From sequence record OP778609: a stretch of DNA of 64,000 nucleotides, one strand, 5' to 3'. Origin of the DNA: Escherichia phage A73. The first letter of the stretch is position 1, and every line of letters starts with the position of its first letter. Below, piece by piece: positions 63,901 to 64,000 of this stretch. Position numbers and translations under genes: made by a program. Under the pieces are notes generated by a model. It worked only from the letters and a program-made list of their open reading frames with translations. It had not been told where the DNA came from and did no database searches.

Positions 63901-64000
63901 TGTTGACAAGGTCAGTGCTTTTATGCATTGGCCTTTATTTTTTATCCTTTTTATGGTAATATACCTTTTATCGGTTCAAGTCAAGAACTAAAGGAGAATT

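Overview
This 64-kb window looks like the early/DNA-metabolism region of a large virulent T5-like (Demerecviridae-like) phage, not a bacterial chromosome. All calls are from reading the sequence by eye; no searches or folding programs were run. Layout: (i) 1-7.9 kb, about 22 small plus-strand genes, each in its own cassette of sigma70-like promoter, GC hairpin leader, gene and hairpin terminator; (ii) 7.9-9.7 kb, a non-coding repeat-rich block with DnaA-box-like iterons; (iii) 9.7-59 kb, a long minus-strand block with three tandem RCC1-like beta-propeller paralogs, many small acidic early proteins, a tRNA-maintenance cluster (CCA-adding enzyme, PTH2-like protein, Pol-beta-fold nucleotidyltransferase), Dam-like methyltransferase, ClpP-like peptidase, NrdDG, PhoH, T5-type endolysin, glutaredoxin, NrdAB, ThyX, dNMP kinase, DEDDh exonuclease, Endo VII, RuvC-like nuclease, flap endonuclease, HNH endonucleases, a NADAR protein and a T4-type DNA ligase; (iv) 59.05-59.4 kb, an AT-rich divergent promoter region with a GATC cluster; (v) 59.4-64 kb, plus-strand small genes, five tRNAs plus two atypical tRNA-like elements, and a spanin-like or lipoprotein gene pair. 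The most interesting candidates for something undescribed are the RCC1-like triplet, the tRNA-maintenance cluster, the NADAR gene and the reused GCAATAG hairpin element.
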